Shown here: one piece after another, positions 1-14,394 of the stretch
How positions within the stretch are numbered: the stretch's first letter is position 1
Layout of the letters: each line of letters starts with the position of its first letter
Source of the DNA: Bigelowiella natans CCMP2755
Taxonomy: Eukaryota; Protista; Cercozoa
Assembly (NCBI GenBank): GCA_000320545.1
Contig: ADNK01002623.1
Span: 28,550-92,549, forward strand
Direction: 5' to 3'
DNA: 64,000 bases
Notes under the pieces: model-generated
Databases searched by the model: none
The model's input: only the letters and a program-made list of their open reading frames with translations
Told to the model about the DNA's origin: nothing
Translations under genes and position numbers: made by a program

Positions 1-126
1 GTGGTGGAGGAAGAGGAGGAGGGGGAGGATATGTAGTTATGGTAGTAGTAGTATTGTGTTACATAAATCATTGCATGGATCGATTGTCGACTACTACTTG
101 TCATAATAGTGGTTGTAAGATTTAAG

Positions 127-261
127 AGAAACACCGTTCCTCTCTCACGGACTTTGGGCACGGATGACGGGGAAAGAAGGGCAACACAGGATTCAAACAG
201 TGCAGCACCACAACCACCACCACCAGCGGCAGCAGCAGCAGCAGCAGCAGCAACCTCCTAA
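127..261 (+). CDS. Probable terminal exon of a gene entering from the left edge (low-complexity tail)
   Basis: tttaag acceptor at 121-126, then an open frame [44 protein letters not shown] ending in TAA at 259-261; no homology recognised. Confidence 0.25.
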   Translation, partial: RNTVPLSRTLGTDDGERRATQDSNSAAPQPPPPAAAAAAAAATS

Positions 262-991
262 TTTGAAGATGCATACAGTTGGATTATTACATGCGGGTTC
301 CATGACAAGAGGAAAATAGGAGGTGGAGGGAAGAGTAAGAGGTGCGTGAGGCGCAATTGACTGCAGAGCGCGCGGCTCAGTATCAGCATAGTATGCTCGC
401 GGTGTGTCATGTTGACGACTTGCTATGCAATTGTACTTAAATGACGACGAGCAAATGTTAACGGCCACCACTCTATTGGCGCAGATGTAATGAACTACTT
501 TGACATCGCTATTGCACAAACGCAACTTTACATGTAGACATGTAGGGCAATTATGAGTAGACCCCCCCCTAGTTGATCCATCTAAGTCCAGCACGATGCA
601 TCGAATCATGTAGATCATCATGGGCACACAGAGCACACACATTCAATGTCAATAGTCAAGTAGCACACGTATTGTCAACATCCTACAGCACAATCTAGCA
701 ATGCGCTAGAATGCAATGCTCACACACACACACACACACACAAATGACGATGTCCTGTTAGTCTTCATGAAATAAATATGAGTGCATGAAGTAGATGAAT
801 CTCCCCATGCAGTACATCCATGTGGACAGTTGGTAATGTGAAACTCTTTTTTTTTTAACATGCATATGCCTATTGCCCGATGAGTGTTCACCATTCAATA
901 CCAACATGGAACAATATTTGTATAGTCGAAATCAAGAAACAAAGAACTCCATCTTGGAACAATTATTCGCGCAAAATAATTGCTACTTTCG

Positions 992-1990
992 TTAGCTCGT
1001 AGCCTCTGTCATCGTCATCACGATGCGTCCTATATCTTCTGCTACATCTCCACCATTATCATTAACAACAGCACATCTCGACATGGGCCCAGTATTGGAA
1101 AAATACGATTCCAGCTGCACAAATCATAGACACCAAATTAAGAGAGAACAAGCGAGAGAAAGATTAAGAGAAAGCAAAAGCATGATGAGTTCGCAACCTT
1201 CTTCCATGTACGACCAAATACCTTGTACGTACGTACGTAATTTGTACATTACTACATGGCATTATTTATTTCTTATGCATATTATTACCTACATGCCCCC
1301 AAAAGGTGAATTCATCTACATGGTTCCACCTCCCTTTTCCATCGTTTACCAGTACCTGTCAACAAGAATGATCACCAAGATCATCCATCGTACTACCAGT
1401 ATCTATATGATTTCGAGGAATTCTTGATTCCGCAACCTATACTCCCTTCTGTCCTCCTATCCTCCTCCTCCTCATCATCATCATCATCATCATCATCATC
1501 ACCTCATAGTTCAAATTTTGGGTTCTGCAATTGCTGTAAATTCCATAGATGAGGCTTCCTAGTATCCCAAGCACCTATTCATGTATCAATTCATTTATTC
1601 AGTGTTAGAAAGAAGAAGGGGGACTCACTATGTAATCGCCAAATACCGCATGATACGTATATCATCATTATGCATACTATTCAGTATCTAGACTGAACAC
1701 ATACTGGGGATATATTATCGTTGAATATCATCATCATCATCATCATCGTCATCATAATTTGGTTCTTCGATGTTCTCTTCCATTATTCTTCCTTTCCTTT
1801 CTATCATCAGTCAGTTGTTAGCAGAGCATAGCAGCAGCAGCAGCAGCAGCAGCTCTAATACCATCTAGCTTCAAATGTTAGAGGAGATAGTGATGATGAG
1901 TAATGGTGGTAGTCGTAGTAGTAGTAGTAGTAGTGGTAGTAGTAGTAATAGTAGTAGTACCAGCGGGATGGAGATGATCATTGTATTCCT

Positions 1991-2032
<42 letters not shown>

Positions 2033-2362
2033 GAGAGAGAATACACCAACAACCACAAACACACACATAGATGTAAGATTTCGTCATCGATATTTATGAG
2101 TTGAGCTAGGTTAGTAGTGAGGGCGAGAGAGTGGTGTTGCATTCATGATATTGTGCATATGCAATACATAGATGCTTCTTCACATGTAAGATGAACCGAT
2201 GCTGCTTTACCTCAATTTATTGGTCGTTTTTTGTAAGATTGTCTTTCGACGGGACTGTGTGTGATGATGAAAAGAGGAGGGGGAGGGGAGGGGAGGGGTG
2301 AGGGAGATGATGAGGGGAACACACTAATAGATAAGCACAACATGGAACACACACACACACAG

Positions 2363-2409
<47 letters not shown>

Positions 2410-3623
2410 GGAAAAACAGTAATCAGATACCAAACAAAATGCTGGGGATGGATTGATGATGCGGCATATAACGTTTAAATTTGAATATGGTCATCAGGAT
2501 GGACAAATTTACTTTGAATGTGTAATAGCACTCACTTGTAGTATCGAAAAACAAAAATTTAGTGATATAAATAACACTGATATACTGCTTATAATATGGT
2601 TGCTGCTGAAGAATATTTTTTAATTCAGAGTCTATGTAATATGAATACCACAGTGCTACGCAAACTGAATAGTACCTGACGAGGAGATGATAACTGCGAA
2701 CTACGAGGTGATAAAAGAGAGGTCGGTGATAATGATACCGATGATGACGATGATGATAATGAAGAAGAGGAAGAAGAAGAAGAAGGCTTTGCATTAGAGT
2801 TTATCTGTGTGAAACACAACAGCAATGAGTATTAGTTGATAAAGATCTTAAACTTATGATTGATAACATGATACACACCACTACCACCATTACCACTACC
2901 ACCACTACTAAGCACTCTTCAAACCTTCTTTGAGTCATGATCATCAGAAGATTCTACAACGAATGTCTGCTTCCTCAAGATGGGAGGAAAGCTATGGTTC
3001 TCATTGTATTGCTCAGAAATCTTGGACACAAATGTCTCTTTATCATGATCATCTCCCCCCTCCTTCTCCTCCTCCTCCTTTTCATCAACGGTAGGTAACA
3101 CAGCCTTTTCCGCCGTCGTCTGCTTGGAGGATTCAGTTGGGATGTTGTAGATCTGAAAACATATCAGAAAGAAAAAGAAGAAGAAGAAGAAAAAGGGAAA
3201 AAAAAGAAGAACACCGTCGTAGACAGTAAGAAGCATTCACTGAGTCAAAAGACAACGGAATCATAATGCTGTTCCTCCTTCATCATATTTGGATGATGAT
3301 GATGACGGTGATGGTGATGACGATAATGATGATCCATAGTCATTAATGGGCAGCATCTTATCAGATCTTAGGTAAGTTGTGCAGTATTAAGAAAGCAAGT
3401 GCCTTATAATAATAACAATGCGGTTTGCATCTACATGACGATCATCTTCGTCGGCCGGCAGCAGCACTGAGTAATCACGACAACTCTTCTAATCATTACC
3501 GATAAAAGAGTGTATGAAGCATATGACCAGATCATGAAACATGATAAAATAGCCAAAGCCCTGACGACATCATCAGTATTATTAAGGGTATTATCGCCTT
3601 CTTAAAGGAACACTGCTGTAGCA

Positions 3624-3656
<33 letters not shown>

Positions 3657-3661
3657 TGTGT

Positions 3662-3697
<36 letters not shown>

Positions 3698-5548
3698 TAT
3701 CTGGGGTGTTGTTGTAATTGTTGTTGTTATTTTATGACGTCTCCTCCTTCTCTTCCTCTTCTTCTTCTTCTTCTTCCTATCCTTACATACGTGGAACAAA
3801 GTCGGAACGAAGAGAAGAATGTCTTTTTGGTCGTTATGAGAGCAATCTGCATCGAATGTAACATATCATCATTATCGTCATCCATTATGATATGTTGTGG
3901 TATGTTTGTAGAAATTGATCAATTTGAATAGTAATAGTATTACTACAAGTAATAGTAGAGAAAAGAAGAAGGCTTGCTGCGGTAACAATTGTATTCGCAT
4001 GATATCACCATCATCATAATGATCAACAAATACATCAGAATCATCAACATCATCAGAATGATTTAGTTATTATTGGGTAGTAGTAGAGACAAAACATTAT
4101 TAAATTACTGAATCCATTATTCTTTAAAAAACATTATTAAATTATTGAAGCCATTCTTCTTTAAAAAAATTATTAAAATATTGAAGCCATTATTCTTTTA
4201 AGTTTCTTTTTCTCACCAGCGAGATCACACCAAGAAATAGGCAGCTCACCAACACAATCGTGAAGAAATTGCCAATCCATGTCTTTATTAATCAGATAAA
4301 TTCAAGAACATCACACAGACACACTTACAACACAACACAACAGATAAACATACTTACCGGAATTCTGAGAGTCGTTTTCATGCCTGGTGATGATGGGTGG
4401 TACAACAAGAACAACATGCATCAGCGGAAGCAGCAGCAGCAATGTTAAAGGTGGAGATATAATGCATCGACTTCGGAGTGTTGATATCATAACAAACAAT
4501 AAAAGCCAAAAGTACAACAGAATCAAATATTATTAACATTAACTTGTAATATCATTAACTATTCAGAAAACACACACGTACATACACATATATTCATGTG
4601 AGTAATTGTGTGAGCGAAGACTATCAATCGATATTACTTCCATACGCCGCGACGACTGTTAAATACGTTATGTAGAGTAATAGGATGCACATAATTGCCT
4701 GAGGAATGGAAGACAAAAACAAAACTTAAAAACCTGTTGAAGTGTTGCTTACATTACGGTAATTTTTGACAATCTGTAGCGTGTGTCTTGTGTGTGCACG
4801 CGTGAGTAGTGTGAAGAATTTGATTGAAAGGGTGAAATTAGGTTTATAGCAGCAGTCTAATTAATAATCGGGTAATGATGACGATGATGATGATGATTGT
4901 GTGCTACTGCTGCTGCTACTACTTACTACTACTTACTACTACTACTACTACTACTACTACTATTTACATCGGTGATGCTTCCCCAGAAAGCATACCATAT
5001 CCATCCTTGGTAATAAGGCTCGTGTGCCCCCTACGAGAAGGAAGTTGTTAGGAGTAGCATTATCGAAGTAGTGGTAAATCATTCAACAAGCTAGAATAAC
5101 GAATTAATGATGATAAATAAGGGAGAGTTGCATCATCGCCCTATATATGCACGCTCTTTGATCTAATGGATTTTTAAAATACAGCCTGAAGTCAATCAAT
5201 ATTAAAGAGACGATGCTCTTTCTACTATACTTATCATCAGTATTTAATTGACTTACCAACATCCAGAGGAATAGCGCCATTATTGCAGCCAAGATCATGC
5301 TGTATTTTGAATGCAAATTAATCCGAATCATCTAAATATTTGCCTGTCGCTCGTTCATATGGCACAACTACCACAGATACTATTACTACTTCTACTACTT
5401 TGCTTCGTAGTTTGCTATGATTTGTTTTTCGTTCATTGCACCGTCACCGGTGTCGTTATCAAGGTTGTGATCGTGTATTTTTATTACAATTGTCATGATT
5501 ATTTAATATTCGTCTCTCCTCCTCATTCTCTCTCTCCCTCTCCCTCTC

Positions 5549-5584
<36 letters not shown>

Positions 5585-5656
5585 CTATTTGAAAGAAAGC
5601 TCAACTTCAAATAACATCATTAATATTAAATAGCACGAAGCGCAACTAAACAAACG

Positions 5657-5699
<43 letters not shown>

Positions 5700-5833
5700 G
5701 TAGTACCTTTGAATGTAGATTTTACGGAGACGGCCTTTTTTCACCCGGGGACTTTGACGGACTGCACGAACTCTTTTACAAGTACAATCATCACCACAAG
5801 GAATCAATAAATGAATAATACATGGGTGATATC

Positions 5834-5880
<47 letters not shown>

Positions 5881-6241
5881 CTCTCCCCTCCCCTCCTAAA
5901 CGAATGCTCTCCCTCCCATACGAATGCCTTCCATGCGGCAGTATAGTAAATGAAAATGTGGGATTATGTTTCATCGATGATCCTCTCACCTCCTAGTTAT
6001 TATTGCACACTACCACAACTTACCCATTCTTCATTTTCGTTGGGGGGGCTGCAAGGAGTAGTAACTGCACGATTGTTAAAAACGCCATCATCAAACAGAT
6101 CACCAGCCGAATTGTGTCTGGCACAAGCCAAGGGTTTTGCCTTGTTGCTGTGTTTGGAGGAGGAGGAGGAGGAGAGTGAGACCCCAATAAGTAAGATACA
6201 CATGATGAAAATATATTGTACCAAGATTTGCAACATCAAGA

Positions 6242-6295
<54 letters not shown>

Positions 6296-6990
6296 TGAAT
6301 TGATAATCTTCCAGTGAATCGATCCTCGTGGTTACTCCTCAGAAAAAATTATTTATGTGTTGGCTGATAATATGACGAGGAGGAGGAGGAGGAGGAGGTG
6401 CGCTACTCTCTCACTCTCTCTCTTCCTTGCTCGCAGTAAAAAAGTATTATTTTGTGCTCTATGTGGCGTGCAATCATCTAGAAACTCATAATACAAGAAG
6501 ATTAGGTTTAGTATTGGAGTAGTAGGGATCATTGATCAAGTGGTGTGTGAAATATATAAAAAGGGTGTACGAGTGCTCGAGAAGTCCTCCATTCCAGCAG
6601 CGAGGAGATTCAGTACATTCGATTGTTGTGTCTCATTCTGCTGGTATTGCTGCTGATGATCCTTTTCGAGCTCCCCAACCGAAGGTGATCCAATGGAAGA
6701 GGAGAACAATTCCTCATTGTAGGATGATGGTGTGGGAGAGGAGGAGGAAATCAGGTCCTCAATGACAGTCGCATCGTCTTGTTTTGCGACAACAACAGCG
6801 TCGTCTTTGGATACTAGTGATCTCTTAGCCGTGATGGAAGTGGACACTTTTGCAGAAATAATCATATTTTCATTTGCTATGCTGAACATTTTGCTCGTTG
6901 CATTTACGGGAATTCGGTCATCGTTGGATGGTGATAGTGATGATGATGATGATGAGGCAGGTACTGCTGGAACGGAGGAGGAATCGTTGA

Positions 6991-7024
<34 letters not shown>

Positions 7025-7059
7025 GGCAGGTACTGCTGGAACGGAGGAGGAATCGTTGA

Positions 7060-7092
<33 letters not shown>

Positions 7093-7339
7093 CAAGGTTT
7101 GATACATGTTGCTTATTCATTTTAGCCTCCATCATTTTCAGATCCAGCGACAATGTGCTGAGGAGAGTATTCTCCTTGGATTGGGTCCCCTCTGCGTTCC
7201 CACCCTCCAGATGATACTTATTTACATCTCTAGACTCTTCCAAAGCACGCGCACTAATTTCCGGGAATTCATGTAGTCCTTTCGAGAGGATGAAACACAA
7301 GATCGTGAACACTAGCCTAGATATACACGATCTGACCAT
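992..7339 (-). CDS. Hypothetical multi-exon membrane protein gene (may be more than one gene)
   Basis: Large first exon (ORF 6536-7426; MVRSCISRLVFTILCFILSKG signal-like start, Ser-rich). Many small GT-AG exons follow, with hydrophobic segments (MILAAIMALFLWML, TWIGNFFTIVLVSCLFLGVISL, RALAILSCFMIWSYASYTLLS) and an acidic exon near 2920-3150. Exon chain not fully resolved. Confidence 0.35.
4093..4200. repeat. Three diverged ~36-bp tandem units (aaacattattaaattantgaanccattattcttt) in an intron
   Basis: Directly visible tandem repetition. Confidence 0.8.
6246..6290. repeat. Intact (TA)n microsatellite, representative of abundant SSRs [(TA)n, (CT)n, (CA)n, (GAT)n, (TAG)n, (CAG)n]
   Basis: Direct reading; other intact (TA)n tracts near 11810, 19900, 28830, 30740, 49200 and 58860. 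Confidence 0.95.
6940..7090 (-). repeat. In-frame coding tandem duplication (poly-S + FNDSSSVPAVPA, twice)
   Basis: gaggcaggtactgctggaacggaggaggaatcgttgaatgat occurs twice, separated by (GAT)n. Confidence 0.9.
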
Positions 7340-7897
7340 CCTCAAACTGAAAGGCTGATGATGATTTACACCACCACTTCCCCCAACCAAGAGGTTACTG
7401 ATGCTCAGCAGAGCCGCTGTGATCAAGGGATGATGGTACTACAAGTGGGATATTAGTCCAAATAGGGTTGTCGTAGCTACGGAAACCCCACTATTATCTC
7501 CAAAAGCTAGCTAGTACACCTGCATTTGGTGCATGAACAATTATAGAAATACCGAATCCTGAGGACAAGTTGGAGAGTTTCTGATCATCTCTCAAACAAA
7601 AGTAGGTCGTCTCCAAAGAATCTCCAGATATATACAGATATAGATATCCTCTGATCACGTAGCATGTCTATTGCATAATGTTTTATTCAAAACTGCAGCA
7701 TTTGAGAACGATATTGGTAAAAACGTCCTGCGTTTTTATTCTTTAAGTCAGCAACCGAAGAGCACCACCGACCTACGAATTTGACGACTTCCTGACTTCC
7801 TGACTTCCTGACAGCAGCAGGGGGAGATAGACTTTTGAATGAATTGTTTGTCAAGGGAATGAACTAATACACACAAATATCTGGGTGTATAAGAAGG

Positions 7898-9372
7898 ATG
7901 TCGATTCGGTGGCCATCAAATCCATTGCGTCATCGTTATCTTGGAGTACATCTACCAATCTATCTCTTAGCGGCATCGTGCCGTTTAGCGATGAGAACAT
8001 TCGCCTACAGCAGAAGACCAACATCCCCTGCCCTCTTTCTCCAAGGGTACATCAGAAATTTAATTAAGGACTCACCTCTGTTTCAAATTATTGTATTTAT
8101 GCATCGATACCCCCCTCCGCAGAGTCCACCACTCACTCCCACTCACATTTTTAAACACATGTTATTTGCACAGCAGCAGCACGGTTGACCCTTTGAACCT
8201 CCATTGCGATGATACTGCTAACATTATTGGGTACTTCTGTACAAATTATTTTCTTTTTTCGTACGTGCAATCTAGGGGGGTTGGCAGGTGAAGAGAGAGA
8301 AAATTCTAACTTGAATGAGGTTTTATACTGGATTAATCAAAATGATATGATACGCTTCAGAACCACCTGCAACCTTCCTTCGTTAGCCACCACGCACTCA
8401 TTATCAGTAAGCGTGCAGAGTACACAGAGAGTACGGACATTATTACACAAATTTGACAACGAAGTGGGGAGGCGGATGCATGGCAGTAGTTCCAGCGGTG
8501 CAATATGGAAAGGAGGAGGAGGGACGGATAATCAACAGCTACTGCAGCAGCAGCAGGATTTGCTTCAAATGCACATTGTTGATCTTCCCGAACTTCGAGG
8601 AGCTCAGATATGTCTGTAAAGTTCTTTGTGTCAATAGTGATAGCGACATGTTCGAATCATAGTTAGATTTTCAGGTTTCCTCTAGTGCGTGCACGAGAGT
8701 AGTGGCATTCACAGCCCCCGCCCCCCCAACCATTTTTTAGTTACATGCTAAACCATAGGTATTTGCCCCTGTCCTGGCAAGCGACAGCGTGACCTGGCAC
8801 TTGACTTGAATCGACTTAGTGAGTGGGGGGCGCAGGCTGTAGTGACATTAATTGAGAATTCTGAGATGAAAATGCTCCAAGTTCCTCAAATTGGAGAAGA
8901 GGTTGTGCATCTCGTAGCATATATGTTCATTCTCATGGTCTTAATAAGCATTGACGATTTTGTCAGCATCATCATCATCATCTTCATCATTATCATCATC
9001 ATTGTACCAATATCAAAGGTGGAGCGACGTGGGATGCGTTGGCTTCATTGTCCCATCACCGATTTTTCTGCACCAAGCGAGCCTTTCGAGACCCCGTGGC
9101 GGTCAGCAGGACGAGAGGTCCGAAAGATCCTCAGGGGAGGAGGCAAGATCGTTGTGCATTGCAGGGGGGGGATTGGCAGGGCGGGCACAGTGACATCGAG
9201 GCTCCTGCTGGAACTAGGCCTCGTCGCGAGTGCTCAAGACGCCCTTATTCGAGTTAGGAAATCTCGTCCCGGTGCAGTGGAGACCATCGAGCAGGAGCAA
9301 CACCTTGAAACAGTACAACGCATAACGGACAAGGAAGAAGATGACGGTGAAGGTGATTTCAATGAGCAGTGA
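7898..9372 (+). CDS. CDKN3-like / dual-specificity protein-tyrosine phosphatase (multi-exon)
   Basis: Catalytic CX5R loop VVHCRGGIGRAG, WLHCPITDFSAP acid loop, ICPCPGK...RDLALDL..L.EWGAQAVVTLIE and VRKSRPGAVET..QE motifs. The intron at ~8902-9018 is read through in the ORF track. 5' exons less certain. Confidence 0.85.
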
Positions 9373-10229
9373 TGAGATGTGGTTAGTAGAAATCACATAA
9401 AAACATATTTGGCGGCTATTGTTACATATTTTCTGGGTCTAAAGCCTAAAAGACAAATAATCGAGTAAATTAAAATTAAAAAACATTGGTGTATGAGTCT
9501 GCTTTCGCCGTGGTCGGTGATGTAATTGCATCTGCAGTTGCTGGTGATGTGCACTACCCCTACATTAAATCCCTCATAAGTGGCGCTCTATAGCTCAGCA
9601 GCCTCATTATCCAGGTTGCGCTGCTCATTAGCATAAGAGCCCAAGTAAATATATAAGACATTATACTGAGTCTGTCTCCATTTAGCTAGCGAAGGACAGG
9701 CATAATACGCAGCATCTGCATATGTATGCAAAACAAGTGCTTGCATGATGCGCCACGGTCATCTAAGCTAGCTCATTATCGGTAATAACAATAACGTACA
9801 GATTGAGATGGAGCATACTGTGACACTAGTCCGCGATGCAGGTTTACTCGCTCGTGCCGCCTCGTATGATGTTTGTACCGGCAATATCCAAGTGTGTAGC
9901 ATACATTGTGCCTGCAGCTATAGCGCATGCAAAGCAACCCAACGTCTAGTTGCATGCAGCTGATGAGATGTTACATCCCACATATGCACTTCTAGGCATA
10001 TCCAATGATGAGCGCAAATAAAAAGGTTGTACGTACGTCAGGATGCACAACATGTGATCATCTTCGTGTCCATGGCAAACCTGTATACATGCATGTGTCG
10101 TATCAATGCGACAATGGCCCAGCCCGTGCTTCGATACACCATGGCTGCGCGACTATAACACGACATACATACGATGCTGATTATTACTACTTAGCTCGTC
10201 ACCACGTTGCATGTTCACCGATCCTTCTA

Positions 10230-12715
10230 TTAATCAACAACCGCAAAGGCTTTCCCCCTTGGATGCTCTCTACGATGATTCCGTCCAGACATCGTCTTCT
10301 TCACGTTCCTAATTGCTTTGAGTATATCTTTTCCGTTCCCGTCATCCCGAAGTGCAGCAACTATTTCATCTGTGTCCTTGCCATCCTTCAACAGCTCTGT
10401 AACTCGTTGTTCAAGTGTTTTCTTGGGTGTGTTCGTTTCCCCCTTCATCTTAGGGTGAAAAGACTTCTGTGCGTCAAAACCTTTCTTCGTTTCTCGCATA
10501 ATTCCCTCTACGAACTCCTCGAGAGTAATCATACCATCTTTGTCCAGATCATAAACGGACATGCTTGCGCGTACATCGCCCCGTGTGACTTCTCGCTTCG
10601 GATCAGTCTGTGATATTCGATCCAACCGCATGTACTTCTCCATTTCCACCTTGCTCAGGATTCCTGATGTGTTTTTGTCTGCCTCAACAAAAAACTTCTT
10701 ATTCTCTGCCCAATTCTCGAATGCATGGTCAGTCGAATGAAGAAGCATCTGATGGACGTACTCTTTATAAGATATCGATCCGTTTCCGTCGGCATCCAGA
10801 GGCGAGAATATCTCCAATACATCGTCCTTATTAACAAGCCTCTTTCGATTTCGTGCCTCCCATGCCCTTGCCATCAATTGCAGGCGCTCCTCTTCCTTTG
10901 CCAGTAAGTGCAGTCGCATTTCCTTAAAATCAATGTGCCCTGAGTCATCTCGATCAATGTCGTGAAAGGCTTTTTCTACCAATCTATATAGGGTTCTTCC
11001 CTCCTTATGCGACCGGCATTGCTTGTGTGTGAGCAAAAAGTTGATGTATTTCTCTTCCAGCTCGCTGGTCTGCGAGGAATATGGTAAGGTCACGCAATTC
11101 CCGTCGAAATTCTCTGCACGTTGTTTGATCTTAAATTCCAATAGTTTCCCGTCGTTCGCTTTTGCTTTCCACTTCAGTTTTCCCCCAATCCTATTTATGA
11201 ATGTATTCGTAGGGATACAGCACTCAAACCATTCCTCATTTGGATTCTTGGGCGTTGCTCCTTCTGCTGGGAAAGGCAGACCTCTGATCATGATATAATC
11301 CCCTTGCCGTATCACCAGTCTCTGGATATGCATGTCTGTAGAATGCAATTGGTTTGTAGTAGTACAGTGATATCGCTCAACGAAAATTAATTTCATAGTT
11401 ATAATTTAGCCCATCAAAAAACACAATGGGCAATCGCGCACGACATAAGATGTGTTACATCGTACCCGGATCGAGTTGAATAATAGCGTAGTCGTCTTCC
11501 ATCTTGAATCGTTTTACTCCTGGCACCCACTCTCTCGTGGCTTTTTCGATCATGGCCTTGCGGTAAATCTCGCAAGCCTCTCCCACCTTCTTCGCACAGG
11601 GTGAAAATCGCTCCTTCTGTATCTTCTTGATATCATCCTTCTCCCCTTCGTTCAGGTCACATTCTAGCACCATCTTGAAAGCCATTTTCTCTCGTATACT
11701 GGGCTCTTTGATATCCTATATGATTGAAGTGAAAGAAGGATAAAAGTCTAGCGCTCATCACATGTTTTTGATGTATATTGCAGTAGGTAGATTTACATGT
11801 ACATAATATATATATATATATATATATATATGCATATTGTGTGTGTGTATGTGTGTATGTGTGTATGTGTGTATGTGTGCTTGTGTGTGCTTGTGTGTGC
11901 TTGTGCAGTTCATCCCATCTAATTTGCAACTCTGTATTCTAGCTTGGTAGACAGTAAATAACCTTTGTGGAGTAAGGAATTCCACTCTCATGCAGGATTA
12001 TGTAGTTGCTGGAAGGAGTAACGTTTGCCACTGTGATCCAAAACCCGTTTGGGTCAAAATCGTTCAATATCGGCAACCCTATTTTAATTAAGAAAATCTT
12101 TATTGAATACGTTCTTGTCATGATAATTATACTGAGTACTACCCTGGAATTTAATGTAAGAGTTGTTGTGACGGATGTTCGGATCAGCAACGTTCCATAT
12201 GTGCTCTCGAAAATTGTGCTGAAATTGGACTTGCATCGCTCCAGGGTCTAACTTGCTCCCCAGACTAGAGGATTATAAATGTTACACTATTTTTTTTAAT
12301 ATGAATATTGCCCTCAATATCGCCATCCTTCAATCATCGAACAATGATATATGCGACTAAATATCAACAAGGGGAATGGCAATGCCAAATGTCAACCGGG
12401 AAATTCATTACCTTGAGACGCGTTTGATTTTGGCCGAAATCCAGCCAAGTTGATACGATACCGTTTGCTTCTTGCCCTCCGTCTTATCGTTGGTATCACA
12501 TGATTTAAGGTCTTTTTCATCCTTTCTCTCCTCCTCTCTGCCTTTCTGTTGGAATTTGTATCAAATTGAGGGACGTATATTCTAGTCTTGCAGACCTTCA
12601 GGGATAGAAGATCTAAATGGAGATGAATGAGCATGTTGTCTCTCTAAAATCGTGTAAAATTTATACATTCAATTACGTTAGGGGGTATCGGTCCTTTGCC
12701 AGCCCCACAGCCCAT
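10230..12715 (-). CDS. EF-hand calcium-binding protein with N-terminal MGC acylation motif
   Basis: Four EF-hand loops (DRDDSGHIDFKE, DADGNGSISYKE, DKNTSGILSKVE, DLDKDGMITLEE) in the last exon. First exon 12715-12677 encodes MGCGAGKGPIPPN and splices in frame to VCKTRIY at 12595. Confidence 0.8.
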
Positions 12716-12797
12716 GCCTCGAATACCAGAGAGCAACCCGATATATGTCTTAACGCAACACTGCTGGCTAGCTATCCTTCCGTTGTTCTTACTTTCG

Positions 12798-12842
<45 letters not shown>

Positions 12843-13546
12843 CTTCTCTGTGTGTTCTGCTCTGGTAGATCTTTACAGATACTCGTTACTCGTACAAGTT
12901 TAGTCGTAACGCACACCATGCGATGCCTCAAAACTTGTTTCTCTGCTCCTCCTCCTCCTCCTCGATATCCACCCGAGATTCCTAAATAACGAATTGGGAG
13001 TCTCCAAAGATCTCCTTGTATACCCTGGAAAAAACGGTATTGAGAGTAGTTACATTGTGGCGACGTCCGTTTTGTAATGTCACAGTAGATAATGCTCCTG
13101 CATTTTCATTATTCTGATGTATTGTATGAGGATCTAGTTGGTCTTAATAACGATCGTAGCTTGTACTTCAACTTCCTACATAACTACTGCAACTGACTCC
13201 AGACCTCCACTCCAAAAATACAACAGAAGAGAGGGGGAGAGAGAGAGAGAGACGGTGCTAATACGACGAGGAGGAGGAGAACAAGAAGAAGAAAGGAGGA
13301 GAAACTTCCATAACTCTAATCCACTAACTGTCGCCGGTCCTCACGGTACAATCCCCTCCTCTTCTGCTGCTAGACCGTAGTCTATGTTTAAGACCTCCTG
13401 TAATGCAGCTGCAGAATGCACTGCCAAACCACTCGACATCAGGACAATTCTCTCCATGCTAATACAAATGGCTATGAAACTTTTAAACCACGGCGTGACT
13501 TTGTTCCAACTTGCCATCTCTGTAGATTATACCTGCTGGGCACACC

Positions 13547-14338
13547 ATGATGGATCATGATGACAAGGAGGAGGAGGTAGAAGAAACTCCTTTGGAGCTC
13601 ACAGAAAACTGGCAACCTCTGGGAAATACATTGCCGCAGTTCAAAGCTGATAAAAAAAAAAAAAAAAAGAAGAAGAAAAAGAAAAAAAAAGCAAAGCTCG
13701 ATCCCATGCTTCGAGCGCTGATGGGGAATTCCAAACCTGTTGCACCAGTAAATGCGGTGGAACCAGAAGAGATAGAGGGGGAAGGGGACACCAGAGCACA
13801 GGAAACAGATAAACTATTCGCCAATATGGAGGTTGATCCTTATTGAATTATTATTGTGAATATGTGTGGGTTATGTGGTGGTGGGTATTGGTGTGTTCGA
13901 AGAGTTTACATTTTTGTATATGTTTGACGGTGTACAACTTTCTCATCCAAGTATTGATCTATGGCAACTCTACCTCCGCACTTTTCAGGAGTATCCGGCG
14001 AATTCTCTGAAGACACTTGGCAGAAAAAAGAATAATGTGAAAGTAGAAGTTGTCGACTTGAACGCAGATGATGGAGACAATAGCATCGTTCATCACAACA
14101 CTGTGACAACAGGGAGAAAAGGGGGGGTACGCGCTGTGTTTCAAGCCGAAAAACTTGATCTGGAAGCGATTCTTGCTTCCATACAAAAAGATCTAAACAC
14201 GCTCTCGGAATCAAGCAGAATGAAAAGGCAGAGAGCTCTTGTTCGACTTCAGACTGATTTCGAGCATCTTTTCTTGAGGGCAAAGAAAGAGACCTATGAA
14301 CGTAGCAAGAAGGACGCCAAGGAAACCAAGGTATAAAT

Positions 14339-14394
<56 letters not shown>

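Noticed and set aside
1871-2433. Short ORFs with SLSLSL, CVCVCV, YIYIYI, poly-H/poly-L (many across the window)
   Set aside because: Translations of intronic microsatellites
8605-8760. Possible non-canonical (AT-AC or GA-AG) intron in the phosphatase
   Set aside because: A canonical GT at 8612 with AG at 8757-8758 keeps the frame; no U12 consensus
10005-10613. 202-aa plus-strand ORF
   Set aside because: Largely antisense shadow of the EF-hand exon
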